Positions 49,445 through 62,878 of a stretch of 64,000 nt of DNA are shown piece after piece (positions within the stretch are counted from its first letter, which is position 1; every line of letters begins with the position of its first letter). Where the stretch lies: NCBI GenBank assembly GCA_029953675.1, contig JAMWBK010000005.1:1984001-2048000 (forward strand), written 5' to 3'. This DNA is from Rhodosorus marinus CCMP1338 (taxonomy: Eukaryota; Plantae; Rhodophyta). Under the pieces are notes generated by a model. It did no database searches. It saw only the letters and a program-made list of their open reading frames with translations, and had not been told where the DNA came from. A program made the position numbers and the translations under genes.

Positions 49445-50109
49445 TTCGGAGACAAGCCTCCGTCACACGAACTACCAGCTTTTCACGGGTAGCTCCCATT
49501 ACGACTGACAGAATAGATTGTATGTATTTGAGTTGTAAAACTGCTCAATTGTTCCAACCCCTTGTGTATACCACGAGCAAAGTTGCCGCCACGAAGGATC
49601 CTGTGGTGAAGGAAAACCCTGAAAAACAAACCGTTTGCCCCAAAATCCTGAGGGGGAGGTCCTATCGAGCCCGAGCTAGAATGAAGGTGAGCGGAACGAT
49701 GCTGACGCACACTGCCAGAAATAGCAGTTGATAGGTTGCAGACGAAAACGAAAAAAAAACACCGCATCCTGATAAAAAAAAGGAATAAATGATTATTGAT
49801 TCCAACTGATTTTCTTAATACTGGTAAATGATTGGATATTCTGTTTGACAGAGATCAGTTCAATTCCCTAGAACTTCCTTTTCTAAAAAACTTGACAAAG
49901 TACTTTCAAAATTGTGTTTTTATTGGTTATTCATGTGCGCCGATTGAGAATATTCAATATTTCTATTAGAATTTTAATTAGATGGAATAATTTTTATTGA
50001 TATTTTAACCATATTTCGATGGAGCGGTGAGTTTAAGAAAAATATCTCCCTCATTGACACTTCATCGATCAGATACGGCACTGGCACCTGTTCACTAGGA
50101 TTGGCGCTG

Positions 50110-51420
50110 AAATGGCCGGTGGATGCAAAAGCAGTGAAATGTACAAATGAGGATACGAGGAAGTGTCTACTGGTTTCAAGGCTGGTTGGAAGAAAGGAAT
50201 CTTGCGTGGTACTGCACTAGAGCGAAAGGTGCTAAAAGGCAGAGAAGATAGTCTACTTGTTTCAAGGAGGCAGAAAGGAGGGGACTGCAGGAGCGACTTT
50301 GTAGGAATTGATTCTGGAGCGAAGGGAGTGATGGCTGTGAGCATGAGCTGCTAAGTTTTCGCAGAAGATCATTGTGACGAGATGGGTGAAAGAGGAGCGA
50401 TAACAACTGCTCTTCGACTCGCGAGCTCACATTATAGGGCGGCGATTCCATCAACATGAAATGTTCTGTGGAAGTGAGCACAGTGACACAACACAGGATC
50501 GTGCCCCCGAGCGGATTCTGCAGTGCATCTCTGCTTGTGGTGAAACGTTCGGCTGGAAAGGAACGCGAGACAGACATTTGGTAGTCTGTGAAGATTGTTG
50601 AGTTACTTTCTGCGGACCGAGGACAACGTCCTGCTCAATACAGGAAAGAGATTGAGACATCCGGATAGAGTTCTCAACGAGTTGAGCTCGCACTTCAAGA
50701 ATTCTGATCAGGGGACTCCATACCGGGTATCGGAGGATGTCAGAGACAACATCTCTTCGTGTAGCTCATAGGTCTGCCCGTCCTCCCTTCTTGCGGATTC
50801 CCATTGTTTGAAGACCTGTTCGTACTTATTGGTGAGCGCTGCAAGCTACTGTTGCTCAACCGTTATGAAAACTACAGGTACTTGAGTAACATTAGGATGA
50901 GCGTATCTTTAACAGAAGTAAAACGAGCAGTTACAGCAGGCACCAAACATCAGAAAATCAACCAACATTGCACTGCTGCAAGGAGTTCCGGAGTCATGCT
51001 ATTCAGTACGAGTCCGTAAGATCTCCGAGGAAACGCGAATTCCAGATTAGACTCCAGTCTGAATCTGGGGAAAAGCTAGCTACCATCCATCTCAATCGGG
51101 CACCAATCGAACACGCTTGGCTTCCCCTGAGCTGGCTCTCCCACCATCAATTTGTGAGCCTAGATGGCACTAGTGCCCAGCGCTTTCTGCTTGAGCACAG
51201 CCGCGAAGACGATGAAGGCTGTGCATTTCGAAGCCGACTTATAGAGTGCAATGACAAAGCAATGAACCATCACTGAGCACCGTGGAACATGTGTCGAAAG
51301 CCTGAGCAGCGTGTTGAACAAGCTCGCACTGGGTATTGTTGGTATGCCGGGAGTCTGTTGTTCAGGAGCATAGCAGACTCTGGATAAATCTGTTGGGCGC
51401 TTCCTATAGTAATCCAAGTG
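50110..51420. other. Unresolved coding-like region, probably one hypothetical multi-exon gene
   Basis: Plausible spliced frames exist on both strands (+: 50804-51276 via a GTACTT..TAACAG intron; -: 50451-50830 and 51160-51417). No family recognised. Confidence 0.3.
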
Positions 51421-51551
51421 AGGTTGAATCGCATTAGCGGGTCTTCCCTTTGGCGATCACTGGCCGAAACGTGCTAATAGGGCGTCTTGAGAGAGGATTG
51501 ATTCATGTGCGTTTGCTTGAAGATTGCGTGTGGGGGTTTTCTGCGCCGAGG

Positions 51552-52379
51552 ATGGAGTGGACCCTCCCGCCATGGGGTGGAGAAGCAAGGATTATGAGGG
51601 CAGAGCAAGCTCCGAGGTACCTGAGGAGGGAGTGGATCGAGAGCGGATATAGGGTTGGAGGAGGGATGCTCGCAGCAGCGAGGTCGTTGTTCACGTTCCA
51701 CAATGAGACCATAAACGCTTGGACGATGGTTTTCATGTCAAGCACTTCGACCTTGTTGCTGGTATACGTCAAATTGATATTTGAGTATGTACCACTTCCA
51801 TTTGCCCTCCTGTGGATGTCCGTAGTCACTCACATGCCGTTTTCTGTAGCTCTACATCTGTTCATCGGCATTAGCGAGGATAGCAGAAAGTTCTGGAGGA
51901 CCTGTGATATATTCTTCATGCAATTCAACTCGCTTCTCCTCTCGGCAGCGTTCGCTTACTACGTTATGGACGGATTGTGCATAATCCTGTATGCGGCTTG
52001 CGCATTCGTCGTCTTCTTACGAACCGTTTACGTGACAATGATTCGCACCCGGATATGGAGGCTTCCAAAGCCGGAGCTTGCCCGGGAAATGTCCTACTTG
52101 GTCTTCACCTACTGCTCTCCTCTGGTTGTTCAAGGCGTGAAGGATCTTGTTCTGTTGTGGAATGTGAGTCTTGGCGTACTACCGCATGTCATCGGCGTAA
52201 TCTTTTGCATGGAAATCGCATACCTATGCTACTCGAAACACCTGCCGGAGAAGTGGTCACCAGGAAGGTTTGATCTCGTAGGAAACAGCCATCAGATTTT
52301 GCACGTCATGGGCCTCGTCGCCCACGTTCTTCAGTGGGCTTTTTTGCTGGAGCTGCACGCAAGAACTTACCCTTTCTGA
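51552..52379 (+). CDS. PAQR / hemolysin-III family membrane protein, intronless
   Basis: APRYLRREWIESGYR, LFTFHNETINAWT, SVALHLF...SE...WRTCD, seven hydrophobic segments, PEKWSPGRFDLVGNSHQILHV. Confidence 0.92.
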   Translation: MEWTLPPWGGEARIMRAEQAPRYLRREWIESGYRVGGGMLAAARSLFTFHNETINAWTMVFMSSTSTLLLVYVKLIFEYVPLPFALLWMSVVTHMPFSVALHLFIGISEDSRKFWRTCDIFFMQFNSLLLSAAFAYYVMDGLCIILYAACAFVVFLRTVYVTMIRTRIWRLPKPELAREMSYLVFTYCSPLVVQGVKDLVLLWNVSLGVLPHVIGVIFCMEIAYLCYSKHLPEKWSPGRFDLVGNSHQILHVMGLVAHVLQWAFLLELHARTYPF

Positions 52380-52917
52380 TGCGAGACCGTGTGGGAGGTA
52401 TGAACGAGCTCGTACCTAGCCCCCGCAGAGGAGAAAGAGAACACTATCCTTTAGCGTGCGTGCAGAAGAATGGCCCGGGATACTTGTAGACCTCAGGAAT
52501 CTCGTCCTCCATATGACGAAAGAAAATTTTCCCTAACCGCGAATGGCTCGTGGCTGCTTTATCGTCTAGCGGAAGCCAGCTAGTGAGCGATAAGGAGACT
52601 AGTATGAGTCTCCGACTAGCACAAGTGGCCAGTACCCCGACAATACCTTAAAAAAGTGTTGGACTTGGAGAAGCGCATCTAAACTGAGCTTCTGGCTCGT
52701 AGTCGCCATCCCACACAAAGGCAGCAGAGCCGAGTAGCTCGGCAGCACTTTGTACGAGCATGTGGAAGCCGGGCTCAAGACTTGTTCGTTTTCATGTTTA
52801 TGTCAGTATGAAGTCACAAGATAAACGGTTTCCACATGCCCCGTAAAGCGATGTTGCCTAGTTGCTGTGAAGAAACGTTAGACAAATTGAAATAATAATA
52901 CAGTTTACAGTCATCTG

Positions 52918-55900
52918 CTACCACTCTGGGACAAATCTTAGGAGCTTCTTGGAGGCCTCAGCGAGATCGAGTTGCGTCTTTGTCCTTCTGTAGAATATTG
53001 GGCAGTCGACGTTTGAGCAATAAACATCCTGGCATACTTCACCCATACACCTTTGACATTCAGTCCAGAGCGCCGCAAAGTCGTCCTCGAGAGTCTCACA
53101 TTCGTGCAGGTACTTCAGATAGAACTCCGCTTCCCTAGCTAAAAGTTTTTGAGAGAAGACGGATAAGCATGGGTAATCAATGGTATCCTTTTGCACTGTT
53201 GTCCAAACGGCATCGCGCAATACAAAATGAAAAGCGTGGTGGGGGAAGCTCACGCTTGCAGTGAACGCAGAGCGCTCCAATAGTTCCGGGCTTCAACGGC
53301 GTCCTGCATCCGAGACAGGTCAGCTGCTTCTTTGCAAACTTAGCGATGCCATTGGTTGGCGTCACAACGCTGACTTTCTGCGTATGTCCTCCGCTGAATA
53401 GTTCGCTCGTTCTGCTTTTCAAGATTGGCTCGAAAATCCTCTCCAAAGGCTTTCGGAGCATGTTCTCAAGGTAGTACTGTGTGTCCAGCGGAAGGTTGTG
53501 CTTCAGAGCGTAGAGAGGATCTTCCGCCCGATCGTATGCAGCTTGCTTTTTGGTACCGCGGGTGATCACGTACGGAACCCTATCCCCGAGGGTAGGAGCG
53601 TTGCCAGGGTCCCTACTTTTCATTTTCTCCGCCAGCGTGACGTGTGCCTGTTTTGCATCGTAGCTGCCTTCAGCTCGGGTGAGAGCCTTGGAAACGACCA
53701 ATAGGGACAGGTCGATCTTGTTCTGAAGAAGGTCAGAGATAACATCCTTCACAAGTTTGATCGCCCCTTCCCTATCACGCCTGATTAGCAGTGATTCCAG
53801 AACATCGCTGATGACGTTCGCAACAAGCCGGCAGTTGTCGCGGCGTACGGATTCCACACCCTTGCAGTCCATCTTGTCGTGTTTGTCCAACTTTGTCCAG
53901 TACAGTCCTGCATACCGCTTCTTGCTGATCAGCAGATAAGGGTAATAACATTTCTCAAACTCCAGGCGAATCGGGTTTGGAAACAGCTGGGATATTTGAT
54001 TCGCAGCCTCACGACCAAGCTCCATGCTCCGTTCCAAGGTCAAACCATCCCCAAACTTGACCATCACTGAATCCGTATCTCCATAAATTACCCGAGATCC
54101 AGGGAACTTGCTTTCCACACCCGCTTTGGTGGCCTGGATCATATCACGGCCGTATCCAGTGACGGAAGAGGAGATCTCCATGCATGGAAGCTTTCCGACG
54201 GTTGCTCCGGTGAAACCGTAGACAGCGTTGGCAGAAATCTACAAAAAAATCGCGAAACGTTCCATTCAGCAATTTGTGAGCTCAACCGAACCTTCAAAAG
54301 CGCGGGTGTGTTTACCTTCAGGGCAAGCTGCCGACCATCCAAAACTGCCTTCCTGAACGGGTCTTGCTCCTTCGCGAGGTCCTTCTTAGCGGTTTTTCTC
54401 GCTCCCAGCAACCCTTCGAGAATTGTCGAAAGCACACCCTTCTTCACAGAGGACCTCACAAAGTGATCTCCGGTCGGGGAAGTGGCATAGTCCTCCTTTT
54501 TGAGCCTGCCTAAATCGTCCTTTCGAATTAACGTCGAGTAGCATAAATTATTCGCCATAATAATAGATGGATATAGTGAAGCAAAGTCGAGAGTTGCGAT
54601 TGGATCTGTATAATATCCCCGATCGGGTTCAATCACAGTAGCACCCTCGAACTGCGGTCCGTCACCACCAGACTTCCCTCCCGCAGCTCCTCTCTCAAGG
54701 TCGGGAATTAAAAGGTCTATTTCATAAGCTTTGCGGTGAAGCAGGCTGACGACCTTGATCATGTGCCCCCTTGAGATGAGCCACGACAGAGGTATGCCCG
54801 TCACGCGAGCCATTTCAATGTAGTTGGTTAGCGACAGGAGCTTGTCCATCAATCGCGAGGGAAGAATAGCGTCCTTTAGACAATACTTGGCGAGCCTCCG
54901 ACGCGTCTGATCACTGCACTGCTGCAAGTCGGTGATGATCGAGTAGTGCACATCCTCCTTCTGCTCACTTAAAAACTCCGCAGATACCGAGTTCAAGGAG
55001 TAGGATCGCAGTTTGTAGTCTCTAGTGATGATCTTGGTCGGATTAGGAGTAGATTACGTGAGCGCAGGAATCCAGCGAGAGGGACCACGCAAACGGCTGA
55101 GCCAGACATACCTGTAGCATGTCCATGATCACTCGTCCGTCCATTGAGAAATCCTTGCTTTCGTGAGTTCCAAAAGCGCTCGAGCTCAGTTGAGAACTCC
55201 TCATAGTCGTTTTTGAGTTCAACATTTTCCCGAGAAACGGAAACGCTTTCACACCGAGGATTTCTGCGCGGTTCATCAAGTATGGGAGGTCGAAGTTAAC
55301 AATATTATATCCGGTGATAACCTCGGCATCGCATTGCCGGAAAAAGTTTGACCTGAATTTTAAGTTTGGAGAGCCAACATGCTTTAGCCTCTTCCCCATT
55401 CAGCGTGGTGGACGGAGAATTTCTGGCCACCAACCATTCGCTAAGCAGATCAGCTTCGGAGTCAAAACTCAAGATCGTCGCACCAGATATTGGTGCGCAG
55501 GACTTGAGAGTGAAAATGACCTTCGCAACGTGTTCCTTTCGTCCGTAAGTTGTGACATAGTTGGCAATTTGAATCACACTATCGTGTTCAGGTTCTGGAA
55601 AAATGCCTTTTCGCCCACTGCACTCGATATCAAAGCTCAAGCGACGGATTGGAGCCGACAAGAGCCAATTTCCTTCCGGTTTATGTGCAATCAGGGACCT
55701 GAGGGAGTCATACGAGAGGGCGGGAGTCAGACCAGCGGCTGATTCGAACACAACTGTATCAAGTCATCCTAGACAAGCTTTCCGTATCCCACCTGTAGTG
55801 TGCTGACACCTCGACCTGCGACGAAGTCGTTTTGTTAAACCTGTTTACTGAATACTTCCCCGCCGGGATTTCGACCCATGAGCAGCCAACCAAGCCAGTG

Positions 55901-56562
55901 TCACACATGAACCGGAGTGTATAGTCCAGCGTGACCTCAAAGGTAGTGGTGGGCGCAAGCCCTTCAATTGCTCCCCGTTCGAAGACGCCGCCTGCCTCCC
56001 GCATTAGTCTGGGTTCCGCCAGGGTAATTTTCATAAATTTATGTGCCGGATCGCCGGGTACATAGTATAGAATGCTCCTCCTCTCAACCTGGTTTGTATG
56101 ACAGAACCAAGCGCCCAAAAACCGAAGTGGTCGAGATTAGCAAAAGGAGAACTCGATTACAGCCGAACTCGTCCTTGACGTTTTGTTGCTCACCTCTTCT
56201 ATTTCCAGAACAAGGTTTGCAGAGCCCCCTGAAAACCTTGGCGCGCTCTTCTGCAAGACATTCTGGAGAGCGACCCTGAGCTTGCCACAGTCTCCCCAGG
56301 TTGGCGGAATATGTACAAAAAAGTAAGGCTTGAAGCCCTCTACACGACAGAACACCGAAATGCCCTCCTCAGTAACTCCAAAAAGCCTCACATTCCCTTC
56401 AGCATCATATGAACTCGAATCTGTCTGCATGAAAGTCAGCGCCTCACGTTCCTCTCGCGGATCCACAACCTGGGCCCTCGAGATCTCCAGGGCTGGGCCC
56501 GAAGCCTCAAATTCAACGGCTTCATTCGGTTCATACTTCGCCTTCTTATATAAGCGAGCCAT
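52918..56562 (-). CDS. POLD1: DNA polymerase delta catalytic subunit
   Basis: [67 protein letters not shown]|[38 protein letters not shown]; CysA (CLGC...CVHC) and CysB (CQRC...C....C); multi-exon. Confidence 0.98.
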
Positions 56563-56687
56563 TCTTTAAGAATTTAATTTGCTCCGCTCCACCAACTCAA
56601 ACCCACTCAAGCCCCTGTTCCTCACCCTGCTCACCAGCACAAGCCCTCAAAAATGTTGATCGCTCTATGGCCCACCGCACATGGACA

Positions 56688-56730
56688 ATTCCCGCTTTTA
56701 TTGGCCAAAACCTAACGCTTCCCGCCAAAA
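56688..56730. promoter_or_regulatory. Two E2F-type sites upstream of POLD1
   Basis: ATTCCCGC (56688-56695) and TTTTGGCGGGAA on the minus strand (56719-56730) match WTTSSCSS, 126-168 nt upstream of the POLD1 ATG. Confidence 0.6.
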
Positions 56731-58077
56731 TTTGTGTGACAACTTATGTCTTGCAAAGCGTGTGGCACACGTCGCTGATAATCGATGGTGACTCCGTTGG
56801 TATCATGTGGACTCGTTTGGGGTTGCGCTAGGGGAGTTCAACGAAACCACTCTTCGTTTTATGGATGGATACCGTGGATCTGCCCTTCCATGAGAAATAC
56901 GCCCAGTACAGCGGCAGATCTGCTGCGAGGAGTTTCTGCCCGCCGACCATCTTCTGCCTTGCACTCGTGGCCCTGTTTGCGTACATTTGTAGCGGTGTGC
57001 TAGGGTACGAAGGACGGCTAGGACCCAGCGTTACGCTCTCCCAGAGCACGAATACCGGACGAGATACGACATCTTTTGCTAGTTTCGAGTATAGTCGCTC
57101 CGGGAGGAGAACGCGAATGTTGGCAGGGTACACCAAAGTCTCGATCCCGACGATTCTCTGAGACGTATATGGAGTTTGGATCACCTTGCGGGCATGGCCT
57201 ACTTCCCGTTGCAAGTTTGGCAAGATCTTCCGTCCTCCCCGTCTCCGCTGGACCTCTCAGATAGTTGATTAGGCTAAACTGACTCGATGCCATTGTCTTG
57301 TTGTGGAGTAGAAGCTTGACTGCGCTCCTTGTTTGCTTGTCTGAGCCACAAGCTCGCACACAGCACTCAGACTATGGACAGCATCCCAGTTTCGACTTCT
57401 CCACAATTCCGCTGCTTATTTCCCGCGAATTCTGTGAGATATGCTAGTCAAAATTATAAGAAAATAGCAAGATATTTTACTCAAATTGTTTACTTACACG
57501 TGGCCTGCTAGAAATGTTTCGGTTTTTTCCTTGTTTTTCTGAGGGAGGCATGTTGCTGCTCGAATGTCGATACGAAGCTGACAAGTGAGCTGTTAGGACA
57601 GAGTGCTTCGCAAGGATTCAAGCGTCGCGATTGTGTACGAAATGGACATCCGTGTCATATGAAATGGGACCGCACTTTGGGAATATCCCCAATGGCGCCC
57701 TTGGTCAAATTCACAGCAGGCAAACCTGGGGCTGCTTGGCCAAGCACTCTGGAAAATTTGGGTGAACTATATACACAGTCCGCGAGGAACGAGCAGACTG
57801 AAATTGGTTTGGTTGAAAGCTTTGCAAGTGCCGATACTCCCACACTTGGCAGTCCAGGCTCAGGCGAGGAGGTCAAGGGGCATTCACTTAGAATAGAACC
57901 TGGACTATTTACTTCAGAATGTTCACGTTTTTGGGGTCAGCCATGTAGCACAACAGTATTGACTCTAAAAATTTTGGCCCAAGCAGTCCGAGTGCACTAC
58001 ATTGGCGATGAACCCAGAGGTCTCGTCTTCAGCGGCCGGATCATGCGAAGAAGCTTAAATGGAGTACACCTGATTCC

Positions 58078-59063
58078 TCAGCTGTTCCAAGACTCCTCGA
58101 CAATGGCTTGAACCCTACGTTCATACTCCCTCCGGTTTTCCTGCAAAATGACGTGCCAAATCCAGAGCATCAACAGACTAGTACATCGAAGCAAGGCGAC
58201 AATGGATGCTGAATGAGCTCACTTGAAACAGTTTGGCCGCCTCAGAGTTTGCCGGCGAATTAGGATTCGGATCACATAATAGTGACTGTATGGAAGTTAA
58301 AATCTGCTCACAAGGCACGATGATCAAATGAAAAACCATCATGTCGACTTTCAGCCATTGATTCTAGAAAGAAGAAGAAATCTCTAAGCCCCGAAGCGAT
58401 GAACACTCACCGCGGAAATGTCCAGAATTGGACTCCAATTGTTTTGGAGGATGTCCAAGCAAATCCCTCCGTCCTGGTTTTTGACCGCAACGAGCTCTGC
58501 TTAGAATTCGAAGGCGCCTGTTTTCAAAAGTTGAATCTTTTACACAACTTACCGCATATACGTTCGGATGGAAAAGCTTGGAAACAAACTTCACCTGAGC
58601 GAGCATTAGCGTTCAATATTATTAGTAGGGAAAGACATATCTGTATTAGACTTCCTCAAATTCACCTACCAGTGGAGCTTGGTTCGGGTAGTCTTCGGAA
58701 AACACAAGCACCAACTTGAAAGTCCCACCTTCCCACGCGGTGTCATCCGGTCTGTAATTGGAAAAATTCGTCAAGCTTCAACCTCCTTGAGCGCCAAGAA
58801 CAGTGACAACTCAATTTCTATCAGTATTCAAAAGGCATAACTCACCCGAAGATGACAGCGTTCCATTTCATAATGTTGTTCTCGCATGGTGCACCACTAA
58901 TTCCAGCGGGAGGGTCCTTTTCAGAGAAACGAGTTTACGGGCGAGCATTAAGGCAAGAAAATTTCCACCTCAACCCGTACGAAAGTATAACGGACTCCGC
59001 GCTTCTCACCTCCTTCAAGACCTTGAAGTCCCTAATCAAACGCCGACGTGCCGGAGTCGACAT
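58078..59063 (-). CDS. UBC2: Ubiquitin-conjugating enzyme E2, RAD6/UBC2 type
   Basis: [14 protein letters not shown]...[33 protein letters not shown], final exon [18 protein letters not shown]-stop; multi-exon. Confidence 0.95.
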
Positions 59064-60137
59064 AACTGCAGTACACAAACAACCAAACGAAGGGGGCAAA
59101 TAGGAAAACCAGGTCCACCGAAACCCCAGATTCGAACAAAGAACACAGCCCACAACAACTTGACCTACACCACAAGCCCCCTCCCAAACAAAACCTAAAA
59201 GCAAAGGTTGACGTCAACAAATACCTCAAAATCCAAGCAAGCGTTCCTACTCAGACCTCGAAATTCCCTCGGACAGGAAAAAAAGCAGCAACCTCTCCGC
59301 TGTCCCTCCCCTACACCCCTCTCCCGCAAAAGTGTCATGAAGAGCCCTTCTAAAAAGAAAACTTTTCGTGCATAAAAAAAGAGAAAACAAATCTTTATCC
59401 TCACCCCGACTCGTTTGCTCATGCAGATTAACAACGACAGCTGTCAATATATTATTTATTTAAATAATAAAAATAGAGTTAGTCTTTTATATTGATTGAT
59501 ATGGACGCGCTGCTTTTTCCGAGGTATTGGAAATCCAACTCAGCGTGAAGGAGGATGAGAATTTTGACATGGCTCAAAGTGTCACTTAGCAATGCGTGGT
59601 TTCTTGAACTTTTTGGATTTCATAATATCTAGAAATAAAAATTATTGGTCAAGAGATTTATATTGACTGATTAAGTAAATGACTTAGAAAACCCGTACTT
59701 TTTCACGGTAAAGATACTTAAAGTCGAGGCTTTTTGCAAGACAGGGTCAAGTGGCGACTCCAGCAGAGACTGAAAACGGATCTCGACGATGAAACATACT
59801 CCGCTCAGTAAAATTGCGGGTAGAATAGGCAGATTCAAGCGAGTATGTTCTATTGAGATTATTATTCAGCATTTCCGGCTTTGCAGTTCGACAATGTAAT
59901 TCACAGTTTCATCATACGAGCCCCAAGAAACACTAGTTGGCTACGAATACCTTTGCGTAGTTATACTGCACTCTTTGTGACTTCGGGCCACAGCGCTCTT
60001 GTGTAACCCAACAACGGCCTAGTTTGTATAGAGGTCTGTCTTGCACATGTCAGGGGATAGCAGCAGGATGCACTGGTCTTGTATCTGCTTCAACGTCTCT
60101 GTCTAGATTGTTCTTGTCGGAATTTGTGTTAACAGTT

Positions 60138-62878
60138 TCATGGGCTGAGTTCCTGCCGTTCAGAAGAATCCTCCTTCGGCTCCCCTAGCTCGTGATTATC
60201 TTCAATATGAAGCGTGCCGTTCTTGCTCACGGAAACGTCGACCAAGTCCCCGTATTGAATTCTCCCTTCCAAGAGCTTCTTTGCCAAAGGTTCAAGTAGG
60301 GCATGTTGGATCACCCGCCGAAGTGGCCTCGCACCATAAGCAGGACTGTACCCCTCCATCGCAAGCCATGCCTCGGCTGCATCGGTGATATTGAGCTCCA
60401 GCTTCTGCTCTTGCAGTAGCTTTCGAAGTTCTCTCAATTGCACCTCAACGACCCCAGTCATAGCATCTTTGCTGAGTCTGTTGAAGATAATTGTGTCATC
60501 TATACGATTCAGAAACTCCGGTCTGAAGTGTGCTCTGACTTCTTGCATAACAGGCTCTCGAGCACTAGACGACGGCTGACCTGCAAGCGCATTTTCACGG
60601 ATCAGACTTCAGTACACCGGAACGGGCTAGTCTTGTTGTTTCAAAGGTCACCTTCTGGAAGGGCTGCAAGTGCGTCGGCACCGAGGTTCGAGGTCATCAC
60701 GATAATCGTATTTCTGAAGTCTACGGTTCTTCCCTGTCCGTCTGTTAGGCGCCCGTCATCCAGCACTTGAAGCAGGACTGCGGAAACCTGCGTATGAGCC
60801 TTCTCAAACTCATCGAGAAGTACAAGCTGGTATGGTCGTCTTCTCACAGCTTCAGTCAGTTGTCCCCCATCGTCGTATCCAACATATCCCGGAGGTGCGC
60901 CAATCAGTCTGGATACTGTGTGGCGCTCAGAATACTCGCTCATATCCAATCGGACCATTGCGGTTGAGTCTTCGAAGAGGAACTGAGCCAGAGCCTTGCA
61001 GAGTTCAGTCTTTCCCACACCTGTTGGTCCTAGAAAGAGGAAAGAGCCAATCGGTCGGGAATGGGACTGCAGACCAGCGCGAGCCAATCGTACCTTAGCA
61101 GCGAAGGAAAGGATTTTCGAATACGTTTGTGTTAGCAAAGCAAGTCAGATCCTCGTCCTCTAGAAACATGCCTATCCTAGCCTTACTGCATTTGAAACGG
61201 AGGAAACAGCTTGGTCCTGGCCGACGACTCGGGATTTGAGCTTGTCCTCCATGTGAAGGAGCTTCTCCTTCTCTCCAGCGAGTAGGTTCTTAATTGGTAT
61301 GCCAGTTGCCTTGGAAATGACGCCCAAGATGTCCTTCTCGGTCACCGCTTCAGCAAGAAGGACACTCCCGGCGGTTTCCTCCTCGCTAGGTATCTTCTCC
61401 TCTAGGTCCGGGATTGTAGAATATTTGAGTTTGGAAGCGGCTTCCCAGTTGCCGGATCTCTGCGCCAGCTCGAGATCCCTCCGTGCGCTCTCAAGGTTGC
61501 GTTTCGCTTCCTTCGCTTCGTTCAGCTTGTTTCGATCGCCCTCCCACTGTTTGACAAGCTGACTCCGATCCTCCGCAACCCTCGCGATCTCTTTCTCGGC
61601 CTGTGCCAACCTCGACGTGGAGTTCTTGTCCTTCTCCTTCCGCAGCGCCTCTACTTCGATGCGAAGTCCCATGAGCCGGTGGTCTAGATCGTCAATGGCC
61701 TCGGGTTTGGATTCCTGTTGCATCTTTAACCTACTCGCAGCTTCGTCGACAAGGTCAATCGCAGAATCTGGAAGGCGGCGTTCCACCAGGTACCTCTTTG
61801 CGTTCTTGGCAGCAGAAACGAGGGATCGATCAGTAATCCGAACTCCGTGGTGAACTTCATACTTTTCTTTCAGGCCCCTTAGAATGTTGATAGTGTCCTC
61901 TACGTTCGGCTCGGCAACGTAGACCGGCTAAACAGTTTTGAAGAGCGAACAAAGAGAAAGAGAGGCAGCATCAGAACGGATTCCTGGGCCCTCGGTGATG
62001 ACTTCATAAGGCTAGATCCAGCACATCGTCTGCGCCTGCGGAAAGATACCTGAAAGCGGCGAGCAAGCGCTGCATCCTTCTCTATGTACTTGCGATACTC
62101 GTTGAGGGTTGTGGCACCAACGCAGTGCAAATCTCCTCGTGCTAACGCGGGTTTGAGCATGTTCGAAGCGTCTACGCTGCCCTCCGCTGCACCTACTCGG
62201 GGAGAGCCCCTTCGAATCAGCAAACAGAAAGAAAAACAAGAAGATATCGGGTTCTCCCGCCGTCTGCTTGTGGTAAGTCTACTAACCTGCACCGACCAGG
62301 GTGTGCAGCTCGTCTATGAAGAGAATGATCTTACTTCCAGCAGCTTCGATATCCGCGAGGACTGCTTTCAGACGCTCCTCAAACTCTCCCCTGAACTTCG
62401 CTCCGGCTACTAGAGATCCCAGGTCCAGAGCTACGACAGTCTTATTTTTCATGCTCTCGGGAACGTCTCCATGGACGATTCTCTGCGCAAGGCCCTCTGC
62501 TATTGCTGTCTTGCCTACGCCTGGTTCTCCAATTATCACTGGGTTGTTCTTCGTCCTCCGCGACAGGACTTGGATAGTCCGCCGAATCTCCTCATCTCTT
62601 CCGATCACTGGGTCCAGCTTTCCTTCCCTTGCAATCTCAGTCAAGTCCTTCCCGTACTTCTTCAGTGCTTCACCCTTCGGTGCTGCCCCTGGAGCAACCC
62701 AGGGCTGAGGACTGGCCGAGTTTGCTAATCCCCTCACTCCAATGTTCCATCCTGCTGTTGAGATCCATGGTTGACATCTATTCAAGCTCCGGCCAACCTG
62801 CGATGCTCTGAGAATACCGGAACTACTGAGTCTCAAAGCCGATTCCAAAGCGACAAATCTGCGGAAAACCCGCGCCAT
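60138..62878 (-). CDS. clpB: Mitochondrial ClpB/Hsp78-type disaggregase
   Basis: Arg/Ser-rich presequence; [66 protein letters not shown]-domain, [40 protein letters not shown]; multi-exon. Confidence 0.96.

Noticed and set aside
50700-50720. In-frame TGA (50708-50710, minus strand) as selenocysteine or readthrough
   Set aside because: No Cys-homolog context or SECIS-like structure identified; alternative frames or splicing explain it.
57659-58111. FKBP-like VRVHYIG in a 150-aa + ORF
   Set aside because: Other FKBP motifs are absent and the ORF overlaps the UBC2 last exon antisense.
23009-59063. DNA-repair gene cluster (XPD, POLD1, RAD6)
   Set aside because: The genes are spread over 36 kb among many unrelated genes; no evidence of clustering.
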